Shown here in pieces: positions 24,393 to 36,943 of a stretch of DNA of 64,000 nt. The notes under the pieces are model-generated. The model saw nothing but the letters and a program-made list of their open reading frames with translations, made no database searches and was not told where the DNA came from. Source of the stretch: Leucoraja ocellata (Eukaryota); assembly GCA_036785375.1 (NCBI GenBank), contig JAWMAR010000008.1, positions 6,510,001 to 6,574,000 of the forward strand. The letters are read 5' to 3'. The first letter of the stretch is position 1; every line of letters begins with the position of its first letter. The position numbers and the translations under genes are program-made.

Positions 24393-25455
24393 TCACTCTA
24401 TGACTCCAGAAACTGGGCAGTCCTGCATGATTCATGATCAGCTACATCTTGACTGAAAAATCGTCCTTCCTTCCTTTGGGTTGGATGTTAGATCACCTAT
24501 TAATTACACGCTTGCCATCAAGGACACCCATTACAGTCTGCATCTCAAGTCTAGAAGATGCAGAACTGCTTCTGTGCTGTTCTGCAATGTGTAGGAGCAT
24601 AAACAAACATAAGAGAAATACAATTCAGCCCATTAAATGTTATTTTCCTGATTTGTCTTTGTAGAAAAAATTCAAACCCCTTTTATGCTGAACCAATAAT
24701 GTCTATTAAGAAGTCGACATTAGAGTTCTCAGTTTAAACATTCATCGGCTACAATTACCCAATTCTAATAGCATGATTATTTGCAGCCAGGGAGGAATGA
24801 AGAGACTGTAGTTAATAGCCACGATAACTTTCAGTAATGCAAGCCATACACAGTCACATGGAAACGTAAGCAGTGCAAGTGTTGAACTGTTGTATAGATC
24901 TGTGGAACCTTAACCAGACAGCATCAGGTTACTAATCAATTCCTGAAGCGACGTTAGATGACAGTACATATGGAGTCACTGTGGCTTTGTATAAGCAGCA
25001 GCCCCAGCCTCCTTGTATATTCCTGCCTGTCGCTGCCCTCAAAGCTCCTCTTCCTGCAACCACACTGATGCCAAGAACAGGACCATTCTTGCACAGTGAG
25101 CTTTTGAGGATGTAATAATAGATATTCAAGAACGCAAACTAAATCTCTGGATGACTAAGAACACTGACACCAATGTAGATTTTCCACTGAAATTGTATGC
25201 AAATTTCTCTTAAATCAAATTTTTGGTCACAGTTTTAAAACAAATCCTTCCCAAAATTACTGAATGAAGTCAGGGCTGGGAACCTTAAATAATTTCTAGT
25301 GATTTTATTGAAACCTGCTCTGAAAATACGACTGATGTTCCCACCTGCATCAGCCAGGGGGAGTTGAATACAATTCTGAAATGGCTGGACAAAGTCACAC
25401 ACGCTACAAGCCAAATAGTTAATGCTTGTCACACTGGTAAATCCTCAGATCTCAC

Positions 25456-25542
25456 CTTTTTTGTCAGCCAGGTACTTTGTATGCCCATTCTGTAGTCTGC
25501 TGAGGGAATCCTGTGTAGCTTGAGCTCTTGTTATGAGATAAT
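25456..25542 (-). CDS. HIP1: HIP1 exon (~20), 87 nt: YLITRAQATQDSLSRLQNGHTKYLADKK(D)
   Basis: ttttacag|AT...G|gtgaga. Confidence 0.93.
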
Positions 25543-25989
25543 CTGTAAAACAAAATTAGAAGCATTTAGGATTGGTGCGAATATGTAATTTTCTCTCCCA
25601 GATTTGAGTAAAGCTTTTCAACAGGTGATCCCTGGTTCTAAATACTGCCATGAAATGAAATATCTTCACATCCACATCTTCTACATTTCATTCAAGGCCC
25701 ACTTACACTTCTAAATGCTTACAATAGAAGCCTAGCCTACACAATCATTCCTCATATAAAAATGTGGCCATTCCAGGCATTGATCCAGAAAAAGTTCTCT
25801 GTGCTGCTTCAAACACAATGTACTAACGCACAGTGAAATGATCTGCCCAAAATGTTCACATCTCTTCCCAGATTCTTAATATGTAAAAGTTATTTAGTTT
25901 TCAAGCCTTACGGTAAATCATCTTCAATATTACTTAACACTCTATTATTTGGTTCAAATTCAGGCCAGCCTCTGACTTTCAGTGTTTAC

Positions 25990-26137
25990 CTGCAGAACTG
26001 GTGCAGCCAAAATGAAGTGGGTCCTCCAACCTATTCAGTGCATCCTGAATGATTCCCTCCGCTTCCTCGACTGCAGAGCGCAGAAGAGCAAACTGTTCAT
26101 CGAGCAGCTGCTTCTCCAGAGCTTGCTCATGGCTCTC
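25990..26137 (-). CDS. HIP1: HIP1 exon (~19), 148 nt: ESHEQALEKQLLDEQFALLRSAVEEAEGIIQDALNRLEDPLHFGCTSSA(D)
   Basis: tctttag|GAG...G|gtaaac. Confidence 0.94.
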
Positions 26138-26782
26138 CTAAAGAAGGCAGGTACATAAACCTTGCATGATGACTAAAGCCCAGTTGCACCGCGCATCCAA
26201 ACACACACACAAAGCCCAGTTACATAGTGCATCCGAAAGACAAGGTTGGCACAGTTACCCAGCACAACCCGCCAGTTACACAGCATAGCCCTAACACACA
26301 GCCAGCCCAGTTACACAGCCCACCCCAAGCCCTGTTGCAGTGTAACCAATTGACACTCTGCCCAGCAGCATGAGCAGACTGTAGGGAGACACACAACGGA
26401 ACAACCATGCGGAAGCTCACACCAGTACACATACAAGCTTACACCTTACTAGCACATTATGTGCAGATAATATTATTCAAGTAGACATTAAAAGGAGTCT
26501 CCTCAACCTCACAATTGTGGTGGATGTTGAAAAATCACGTCCTTTATCTGTGTAGCTTGATTGTAATCATGTAGGTTCGTCTTTGATAGGATAGCACGCA
26601 AACAAAAGTTTTTCACTGTACCTTGGTACACGTGACAATAATAAACTAAACAAAAAAGAGTGCATTCTTGCCCAAAGCCACGACATTCATCTCAGTCTAT
26701 TTAATCAGCAGATGTGGTAAGATATTTAAATGCCAAATTCAACTTGACTCCTGAGTTTTGACCAGATAAACTTCCCTTGTAC

Positions 26783-26977
26783 CTTTTCATTCAGCTGATT
26801 TTGCAGCCCCTCGACCGTTCGATTCGTGCTGTCCTTCTCCGCAGTCAGGGCCTCCTTCGCCTGCTCCAGCTCGCCCCGCAGCAGAGTTAATGTGCTCTCC
26901 TTCTCATCCACAGCCTGACTTAGAGCCGTCTTCTCTGACGCCAGCGATTCAATGGTTGATGCCATCACAGTGCTCGT
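26783..26977 (-). CDS. HIP1: HIP1 exon (~18), 195 nt: TSTVMASTIESLASEKTALSQAVDEKESTLTLLRGELEQAKEALTAEKDSTNRTVEGLQNQLNEK
   Basis: ccatcag|ACG...AAG|gtacaa; overlaps ORF 26726..26968; coiled coil. Confidence 0.9.
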
Positions 26978-27579
26978 CTGATGGAGGGGAAGTCAGACAC
27001 ACAGGACACTAATTAATGAAGCATCTCAGATTTACTGAGGGAATTTCTTCTCTGTCTTAATATGATCAATTTCTGTCCGGTGAATGTTTTTTTTAGCATT
27101 TTCATGATATGAGCAGATAATTGCCAAAAATTATCATTTATCTGTTTTATAAAGTTTACTGATACTCAGAATTTAACTCAAGTTTACATAACGCTTGCTC
27201 TGGCCTCATGTTTTGCATTAAATCTTTAGTCCAGCATGAACCTTTGTTCTCCCTGCCTCATGCCCAGGAATCACTCTTCTTCCCAATCTGAAGGCAAGTT
27301 TTACTCCAAAACAGATTGTTGTAGCAACACGAAAGCTAGTTTCATTCTCGATTAAGCAAATATCGCCCTCATTGTGGAAACTGGTGATATCAACCTCAGC
27401 AGCAGGGTGTCCAGAATCAGTCCAGATCCACGAGGATCAGGGCAATTGTCTCGTGGTATGTGTTGTCACAACACAGAATGATTCATCACACACGTCCTCC
27501 TGCAATCTGAATACAGCACAGCACCATTGGTTGAAGATACACACAGGACGTGATTGTGCTGGAGATAGTAAGGATGAGA

Positions 27580-28020
27580 TTGCGCTGGAAAGTGTGCCGA
27601 GGACATTAACCGGGACGGTGTCTGTATTGGAGGACTTTAGTTACGAGGCGAGATTAGATAGTCTGGGATTGCAGTGAAGGAGGATGAAGAGCATAAGCAT
27701 CTAAGGTAATGAAAGACAGAGATAAGGTAGATAGTCAATTTTGTTTTTACCAATAGTAGAGATACCTAAAACAAGAGGGCATAGATTTAAGGTTAGAGGT
27801 AGAAGAATTAAAGGGGAATGAATGAGTTAGAGGATCTGAGGGTTAAATTTTCTTTGTACTGAAAATATATGATCACAACGTTTAAGAGATGTTTAGACTG
27901 ACACTTTAATGGGCAAGACACAGAAGGATACTGTCCTGGTGCAGGCAAACCATATTTGTGTGGATAGGGAGAAAAGTTGACTTAGATGTGGTGGGCTTAA
28001 GGGCCAATTTCCGTGCTTTA
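27580..28020 (+). mobile_element. Old CR1 3' fragment
   Basis: LE.V.R..T......FSYE.RLD.LGL and aaaacaagagggcatagatttaagg. Confidence 0.7.
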
Positions 28021-28666
28021 AAACTTTATGCAATAGAAGCAAAAAGCTGTTTCCTGTCCTGAGCATCACATTATACACATTCTTCAGATTGCAAAGACTA
28101 GGGAAATGAAGAGGGTTGCAGTCTGCACGTGACTTTGTACATCTCTTAAAGCCCTGTTGTACAATGGGAGCAGGTCTTTAGTCCAGTCACCCAGTTGACT
28201 CAGTACTGGGGGTTTAAAATTAAACAAATAAGAAGGACACTGGAACAGTCAGTGCTGCTATGTTGAAGCCCAACACCTGACCATGTATAGAGAGTGGGGA
28301 TTGGATTGATGCATTTAATTACATCAGGACATTCAACCAAGGAGAGCAACAAATTCTCACTGAATGTCCTCCCCTCAATCCATGGACACTTTAGATGCAG
28401 GGAATGTTGTGATCAGGAGCACCAAACCTCATTGTTTTATCCTCCTTCGAGCCAGGAAATTCAGATGACGTGCAACCTCAAGTATCTGCTCCAAGTAAGC
28501 TCTGGATCCAACTTTGAATCCTCTGGTTTACAATACTCATTTTCACAGAACCAGCACATAAATGTTATTGTCCAGTAAAATCGCACATGCAAGCCAAGCT
28601 AATGGAGCAGGGGTTCCAGACCCCACCCTCTAACTTGGAAAGAAAGTAATTCCCAAACAATCTCAC

Positions 28667-28768
28667 CTGTTTTGAGTCCTCGTGGGTGCTTTTCAAAGAT
28701 AGAACTTCTGCATTCCTGGATTGCAGCTTTTCCTGTAGAGTGTCTAATTTGTGAGTCTGCTCCTGTTC
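28667..28768 (-). CDS. HIP1: HIP1 exon (~17), 102 nt: EQEQTHKLDTLQEKLQSRNAEVLSLKSTHEDSKQ
   Basis: aacag|GAA...CAG|gtgaga; several in-frame tandem AGs make the exact acceptor slightly uncertain. Confidence 0.88.
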
Positions 28769-29829
28769 CTGTTGTTTCAGGAAAGATAAATTCATATTTT
28801 TTAAAGACAGAGACACCAAACTGCCTGTTATTTTATTTATTTTAATAGACTTCACAAAATCTTCATCACAAAGAAAATAAAATCAACAATTGAATTTCTC
28901 CCCACAATTGCCTTCGAATTAACCCTTTATCCACCAAATATGCTCAAGACTGGTGAACACTTACCAAACACTTGCTGCTCCATGGCCCCTTGAAATTTAC
29001 ATTTACAACAAGAACAAAGAGACCAAATACCGATTCTTGTGAATTCTGCTGGTAACAACTTTCCAATCACTTCCGACAACCACTACCTACTGTTTCCTGT
29101 ATCTGAGCCAGCTTTGCCACATTTGGGTCCCATTTTTTATTGATGCAGCGAGCTAATTGTATCCTGTCAAATATATTGCTAAAATCCATGATGGCTTCAT
29201 CAAAAAAAACCTGCTCTTATTAACCAGGGTGCCAAACATAAGATTCATTGCAAATAGGTCATTTTGAGTGAAATCTTGTTTGGCTTTAATTTACCTGCAC
29301 ATGACGGTGTCATTGAAAAGGCAAAATTGATGATCCACATCAATTTCCAGCAACGTTACTGAAAGTGTCAGTGTGTCTACCTGAAACAGGGGCAGGATTA
29401 GGTTTGACTGTAAAATTCTGTAGACAGGTAGCTGCTTACACATGGACAAATTGCATTAATATACCATCTTTGATATATTATAATCCCAAGAGGTATTGCA
29501 AGAACAATTGCAAACAAAAAAGTGATACTACAGTTCAGTTCAGTTTGACAATTTAGTTTCAGTTTAGTTAGTTTATTGTCACATGTACCGAGGTACAGTG
29601 AAAAGCAATAAATGATTAAAAAAAAAAATAAGGACTATCTTGAGGGATTGAGAGGAAGATAGATATTAGGAAGGCTGAGGTAGAGGACACTAAGATGGGG
29701 ACATGAAAGAGAGGAACGAAACATATTATTAATAAGCCCAAACAAATCATATAAGATTTGTGATTAGGCATGCACTGAAACAGACTGGAATTACTGCTCC
29801 AATTTTCAGCGTTCCAGAAAGGAATTAAA

Positions 29830-30380
29830 ATTAGATACAAATTGCTGGAGTAACTCAGGCAACATCTCTGGTGAGAAGGAATGGGTGACGTTTCAGGTCG
29901 AGACCCTTCTTCAGACTAATGTCAGGGGAGTTGGCAGGTCAGAGATAGAATTGTCGGAGGCGGTAAGACTGGTGGGAGAACTGGGGAGGGGGACGGGACA
30001 GAGAGAGTGAAATCAAGGGCTATTTGAAGTTCGAGAAGTCAATGTTCATCCTGCTGGGGTGTAAGCGAAATATGAGGTGCTGTTCCTCCAATTTGCGCTG
30101 GGCCTCACTCTGACAATGGAGGAGGCCCAGGACAGAAATGTCAGTGTGGGAATGGGAAGGGGAGTTAAAGTGCTAAGCAACCGGGAGATCAGGTAGGTTA
30201 AGTGGACTGAGCGGAGGTGTTCAGCTAAACGATCACCGAGCCTGTGCTTGGTCTCGCCGATGTACAGAGGAGTTGACACTTGGAACAGTGGATACAGTAG
30301 ATGAGGTTGGAGGAGGTGCAAGTGAAACTCTGCCTCACCTGGAAAGGCTGTCGGGGTCCTTGGATGGAGTCGAGGGGGAA
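29830..30380 (-). mobile_element. Penelope-like element 3' end: GIY-YIG endonuclease remnant plus terminal repeat with hammerhead
   Basis: ORF 30046..30321 contains LYIGETKHRLGDRLAEHLRSV and is directly followed by the same short repeat seen alone elsewhere; ends ~35 bp from the exon ~16 donor. Confidence 0.9.
29887..29914 (-). ncRNA. Minimal hammerhead ribozyme motif in the PLE terminal repeat, sense to HIP1 pre-mRNA
   Basis: CTGAAGA-A-GGGTC tc GACCT-GAAAC-GTC. Confidence 0.62.
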
Positions 30381-30415
30381 AGGAATTTCTGATTTATGGT
30401 AAATGCTGAACTCAC

Positions 30416-30532
30416 TTTCTGCTCCATGCTGTCTTTCAGCTGCTGCACTGTTTCCTCCAGCTCCTTCTTCATCTGTTCCATGTCTTCCTGCGTCTGACGA
30501 AACAAAGTCATTTGTTTCATGACCTCTGCGTT
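30416..30532 (-). CDS. HIP1: HIP1 exon (~16), 117 nt: NAEVMKQMTLFRQTQEDMEQMKKELEETVQQLKDSMEQK
   Basis: ttttacag|AAC...AAA|gtgagt; overlaps ORF 30335..30520. Confidence 0.93.
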
Positions 30533-31242
30533 CTGTAAAAATGACAGTAGTGGTTGTCAGTCAGGAGAATAGGTGGATGAGTAGTGTCAAGTTTCCATGA
30601 CACATAGAAGACATTGAAAGCACGACTCGGGCCATTGACTCTAACAAGCAGCTTCCGAAAACTTTCAGAGTTTCAGTAATTATCACTTATGTGAGGTGTT
30701 TAACGATCATAGTATATCTGCTACTACTTATTGAACCCCTCCCTTTCCCTCCATCTTGAGTTCCCTCTTTATAAAAACATGAATTATGCTAGAACATTTA
30801 CTGAACTATACAACAATTTAGCTTAACATCTATATTCCATTTATCTTTGCCAGTCATGGTTAAGAACAAATCTGAATGACAAAATGTTGCATTCTTTTTT
30901 TTTTTTAAAGCCACTTTAACCAATTCTGTTAAATATGTTGCCGCTGCTAAATCTAGAAATGATCTCTGCATCTCTGGAAACACCTCATTACAAAACTTAT
31001 CACGTTTGCAGATATTAATCCTGCTCTTCAATAATCTAGTGAGTCAAGGTACCAAACAATGGGAACTGAGCCAGGAGTTGATGAATTACAACTGTAACCC
31101 TTGGTCTTCCTTATTGCGCAAAATGTGGGGCTGCTGTTTTACATGCAAGCATCAATGCTGAGAGAAAACAATGTCGCACTTTCTGCTCTAGTTTTAGGTT
31201 TTCTACTACACTCCAGGGGCAACAAGCAGAAAGGTTGCTAAT

Positions 31243-31450
31243 TTTTAGTTAGTTTAGATTAGAGATACAGCGTTGAAACAGGCCCTTCGGCCAACCGAGT
31301 CTGTACTGACCAGCAATCCCCGCACACCAACACTACCCTACGCACACTAGGCACAATTTTATATTCATGCCAAGCCAATTAACCTACAAACCTGTACGTC
31401 TTTGGAGTGTGGGAGGAAACCGAAAATCTCGGAGAAAAATCCACGGTCCA
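31243..31450 (-). mobile_element. HE1-like V-SINE 3' half
   Basis: Reversed tail tttagtt...agagatacagcgttgaaacaggcccttcggcc; core cctacaaacctgtacgtctttggagtgtgggagg. Confidence 0.85.
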
Positions 31451-33299
31451 TGGATAAAGAAAAGTTGAGGGATATGTGTCAAACATCGGCAAATGGGACT
31501 AGCGTATATGGGCATTTTGGTTGGCATGGACGAATTGAGCCAATGGGCCTGGTATCATTTGGTATGGCTTTATGACTTAGCAGGTCAGGCAGCATCATCA
31601 GAAAGAGAAACTAGTCAATATTTCAGGTCAATGACAATTGTTGAATAGCAATAAAATCATGACCAATCCTGGATTTGATTTTCTGGGCTATAAAATTGAC
31701 CTCCAAATGAAGGTCCCAACCAGGTGTCATACTGATGGACTCATCTGAGATTTGTGTACATTAAACTATTGGGTGAGTCTTATATCCAAATGATGAATGC
31801 ATATTTCACAGTAAATGTAAACAGAAAACTGCATGCACCCTCACTCCAACTCTAATAAAACAATATACAAAATACTATTAGGTCAGGCAGAGCCTGTGGA
31901 GACAAAAGGACAACTGATGAAGGCAATCAACCTGAAACACTCTTTCCATTGAAAATCAGAGGCCAGAGTGCTCCTGTTTCTTCCAGAACAGCAGAACATG
32001 CTGAAGGGCAGACACAGGTATATCTGACTTCCTGCCCAGCCACTTGACTCACACACTGAGTACAAGCTTATTAAAAAATTGCAGAGACGGATGCACTTCA
32101 TACCTGGCTCCTCATCACTGCCTGCAGCCCAGTCACCGTTTGTGTTGTCTTGTCAAACCAACATGGCAATAACACAGGCAGTGCATTGAGAATTACATGG
32201 CCAATAAATGTTCACACAGGGGTTTGGAGTGACAGTGACCATGTGGTAGGCACCAGGGACCAGTGTGAACTGGTCCATTTACTGAATTCTGATGAAAAAT
32301 CATCAACCTGAAACAATAACTACTTCTATCTCGCATCAGATGTTGCTTGATCTGATGAGTATTTTAAGCATTCACCAACATTGAAACAAGGACAACGTGA
32401 GCACTTAATTATCAGAACTAATTGAGACATTTTCTGATGACTTGACATTTTTCTGCCATTTGATTTGACCTGTCACTTGGTCGACCCGCCATCCAGTGAG
32501 GAACAGCGAGGTAACAGCGTAGTTCCCCGTTCTACGCCGTCTCAGAATCTTATTTCTACAAAGTCAGCAGCTTCCTGCAAAGCAGACAGACAAATGGCAA
32601 GCACACAGATTGAATGCCATCTCAATGCTATATTTTTCCCATCACTTATCTCTAATGTTCGATCTTGCAGTTATGTTTGATTTTGTGAAAATCCTGTGAC
32701 ACTTATTTTTTAATCCCAAATTTATCACTTTTGTTATACCGGGGGTTTTGCCTGTCACAACTGAGAGTGGCAATTTTTCATTGAAAAGTGATGTGTAATG
32801 CATTAAAGACAAGTTACTGTCCTCTCTCACCCTGTAAAATCATTAAATTCCGTTTCTCAGCTACATCAGAATATCTTCAGCCATTTAAGCTCAGTTATTA
32901 ATTTCCTAATTAAATCATTTATTTAATGTTCTCATTCCAGTATCTGCTTGCCATAAGTTCCAACATTATTTAATTAACTGGCTTTGGTATTATTTAATCT
33001 ATTTAATTTTATGTACTCATGCAATTACTGAATCCCTAATATCCAATTGTACTTAATCTTCCAACAATAATAATTATTTCACTCAAAGGATTTATTCCTA
33101 CCTCACAGATCTATATGCGGAGTATTAGAATCCCCTGTAATTGCCATCCATCTAATTGCAATGAATTTTAACTTTACTGTACTTTTATCTCAGACAAATA
33201 TTTGCAGTGCAAACTCCTTTGCAGGTTGTCACTTGCAATATTTTTGCAGGTTTTCTACAATGAGAAGGTCTGAGAACGAAAGTAATCAAATGCTCAATT

Positions 33300-33840
33300 A
33301 TTTAGAGTCAATATTTAGAGCCCTGGTGAGACCACACCTGGAGTACGTGCAGGTTTGGTCTCATTACCTTTAATAAAAGATAAACTTGTCATAGAGGTAA
33401 TGCAATAAAACTTTACCTGGGATGGCAGGTTTGCCACATAAGGAGCTATTGTATAGACAAGACTTGTATTCACCAAAGCTTAGAAGAATGAGAGATCTCA
33501 TTGAAACAAAATTCTCACGGGATTTGACAGAATGAACAGAATATTCCCTTCGGCTGCGGAACCAAAAGACATTGATGCAGAATGAGGGATAAACCATTTA
33601 GTATTGAAATTAGAAATTCCTTCAGAAAAGGATAGAGAATCTTAGGAATTCGCTGGCCTGACAGGTTGTGACACTGACATTAATTTCATTCAAGACAGAT
33701 GGATAAATCTCTGAATATAAGGTGAATGTAAGAATAGTACGGGACAGCGGAGCCGAGGTAGAACAGCAGTGATATTGAAGAATGACAGACAGACAGAGCA
33801 GGCTCAAAGGGCCAGTGGTTACACTTGCTCCTAATTTTAA
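33300..33840 (+). mobile_element. Old CR1 3' fragment
   Basis: ALVRPHLEYVQVWS motif in ORF 33161..33373; agaagaatgagagatctcattgaaac. Confidence 0.7.
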
Positions 33841-35404
33841 TACTCTTTTATCATCTTGTCCTGCCACAAGGACTATAACCTTTCTTCCTTCTTCTCCTAC
33901 TAAATGGGGGTTTTCCATTCAACAACATTTATAATATTAATCATTTATCTGTGTTGGGAAAAGGGCGCTAAATAAAAAAAGTGAAATTGTGTTTTATGTG
34001 AAACATGTGTAATACTCAGCAAATACATAGCATCACTCTTCACAACGGAAAGATATATAGGCAGTGACAAGCGAAAGCTGCAACAGTGAAAGTAGCAAGC
34101 TAGAACAAACTCAAGGGTGCCAAAGGCCTTTTTCAGAATGGCTAAAGGACATTGCTATTAATTTTCTAGCATGCTGCCCACCCCATTCACAAGTGCTTAC
34201 TACTGATCAATTTCTGGCACGCTATTATACTCTGCCCCTTATATTCTACTGCTCTCTTAATTTACTTCAGTGTCTCTACCATTCTATTAGTTAATTGATC
34301 TGGTGATATAAAAATTGAAACCTCGTGGAGTTGCTGACCCATTCTGTAATTAATTTGGGAAAATAGTGTCCAATTACAAAGTTAATTCATTGTTTGTTGC
34401 AGCAATTTATTCTGTGGCTGATAAATTATTTATTGATTTGAACACAGCTACTTCACTTTTATTTATTGGCCCACTATTAGTTCCATGAATTAATCTGGTG
34501 TGTCCTTGGTTCCAAAATTCAATACAGTTGCATGATTTAATTAGACCGGTGTACTGTTTGCACTATAAATTTATAAAATTACTGCTGCCTCCCTAATAGT
34601 TTTATTTTAAGTTCAGTCTCAGAAAATGAGTGGAAGGTATCAATCAGGTCCGAATTATCCATGATGATGAAACGAGTTTTATCAACACTGTTGAAGCTGT
34701 ACTCATCCAAATTGATGGAGATTATACCATTACGTTCCTGGATTGTACCTCGAAGATACTGGAAAGATTCTCGGGAAGTCAGTGTACTCAATCAAGAATC
34801 CACTATGTTTATGTGATGAGCACTATTAAGTTTCTGTTCAATAATGTTTTTGAGGATTTAAGATCATAAATGATAGGAGTAGAATTAGGCCATTTGGCCC
34901 ATCAAGTCTACTCCACTATTCAATCATGGCCGATCTATCTCTACCTCCTAACCCCATTCTCCTGCCTTCTCCCCATAACCTCTGACACCCGTACTAATCA
35001 AATATGACAGTGAGTAATCTAACATTTGCAATGACGTCATCCAGCACATGTAAGCACACATTTTACACATAAATGTAGGAGCTCCAGTAACCAGTAAGTT
35101 CCTCTAATTCATAAATATGGCAAATGAATGCATGACAGAGCAGAAAGACATGCAACAAGTTAGAACCAGTCAGAAAAGGAGCATCGACAAAGCACAACGG
35201 ACAATTTCCACCTCCTCCACTAATGCCACATTTCAAAGTGCTGGCATTCTGCTATTCAGTCCATGCAAGAGTGGAAGCTTTTAGTTGGTCACTCAACCGA
35301 GGGTTGGTCTTGGCATCATGTTTGTCAGACATTGTGGGCCGAAGGGCCTTTCCTGTGGTGTAACGTACTATGTTCTTGTATAAGCAGGAAGTCCATATGG
35401 TCCA

Positions 35405-35803
35405 TATTGGAGGAAGAGCATATTTCGCTTGGGCACCCTACAACCCAATGGTATGACAATTGATTTCTCTAACTTCAAGTAACCATTGCATTTCCTCTCT
35501 CCCAATCCCTCCCCCTCCCAAGTCACACCAGCTTCTTGTTCTCACCTAGCAAACAACTAACAATGGCCTGTTTCCTTTATCATCGTGACTTTTTTTGCAT
35601 ATCTTTCATTCAATTGTTCTTTCTCTCTCTACATCGCCGTCTATATCTCTTGTTTCCTTTTCCCCTGACTCTAGTCTGAAGAACGGTCTCGACCCAAAAC
35701 ATCACCCATTCCCTCTCTCCAGAGATGCTGCTTGTCCTGCTGAGTTACTTCAGCATTTTGTGTCTATCTTCGGTTTAAACCAGCATCAGCAGTTCCTTTC
35801 CAC
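35405..35803 (+). mobile_element. Penelope-like element 3' end and terminal repeat (degenerate hammerhead ~35676-35703)
   Basis: LEEEHISLG.LQP.G...DFSNFK* end of ORF, followed by the short repeat. Confidence 0.8.
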
Positions 35804-36549
35804 ACAATTCCATAAGGTCGCCTGTTTCATGAAGGAGCCAGCAGAAATTTACATTGATCACTGGATCGTTGTCTCAATGAGAGCAGGCTGTGGTGCAGAA
35901 TATAATCATTTTGAAATCTGCTATGAAATTAATGTGCTGCTTGGAAGCAAAAGCGATAGAATAAGACAGGTCTGTTGACTCTGTTACAGCCCACATTAGC
36001 ATGAAGGATGCACAGATCATATTGCCTTGGAGGAAGTGCTTGAAATGCTCACTGATGTTCCAGAATTTTGAGCAATCTCATTGAAATCTTTACAATTCTT
36101 TGAGGCGCAGATGCTGTCAACTTGCTTCTCTTTTCGTAGATTATGCCTGACCTGCTGAGTGTTTCCAGCATTTTCTGCTTCTATTTCAGTGTTCCCAGGT
36201 CTGCAGTTATCTAGAACTTCTTCTTCTAATATATTCCCCCTGTTTGGGCAGCATAGAGTTAAGGATCCTAGTCTCTGGATGAACAGGTCTGCTACTTAAT
36301 ATACAATGTGACATTTCTTCAATCCTGGGCTGTGAAATTTTGGACACATGCATTAGTTGTGGATGTTACGTTGGTTCACAATTGAAATGTATGGATTTTG
36401 GACACTAAAGAAATTAAGGGATATGATGGGACCAATGTAGATGAGCCAATGCAGCCACTAGTCTGACTATGACTCTGACTTGAGGTATACATTTGTCCTC
36501 CACCCAGCTCCATTTTGAAAATTGTAACCCCTCCACCTTTTTCCAAGTT

Positions 36550-36806
36550 CGGAGACCCAGGTTCGATCCTGACGGACGGGTATTGCCTGTACGGTGTTTG
36601 TACATTCTCCCTGTGACCTGCGTGGGTTTTCTCCGGGATCTCCGGTTTCTTACCTTCCAAAGACCTACAGGTTGGGAGGCTAATTGGCATGATAAAAACT
36701 GTAAATTGTCCCTAGTGTGTGTAGTATAGTGTAGGTGTGCAGGGATGGTTGGCACGGACTCGGTCGGCCAATGGGCCTGTTTCCACGCTGCATCTCTAAA
36801 CTAAAC
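36550..36806 (+). mobile_element. HE1-like V-SINE
   Basis: B-box-like ggttcgatcct, V-SINE core, tail gggcctgtttccacgctgcatctctaaactaaa. Confidence 0.88.
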
Positions 36807-36943
36807 ATGATTTTCTAAACAGCATTATGGGTGTTCCCCAGCAGATGGCGCATGAATTGCAGAAATCAAGCAAAACGTTTTGCCTATTTAAATTTTATAG
36901 AAATGAAATCTTCAAGCAGTTATTCTGAATTATGAACCCAAAA

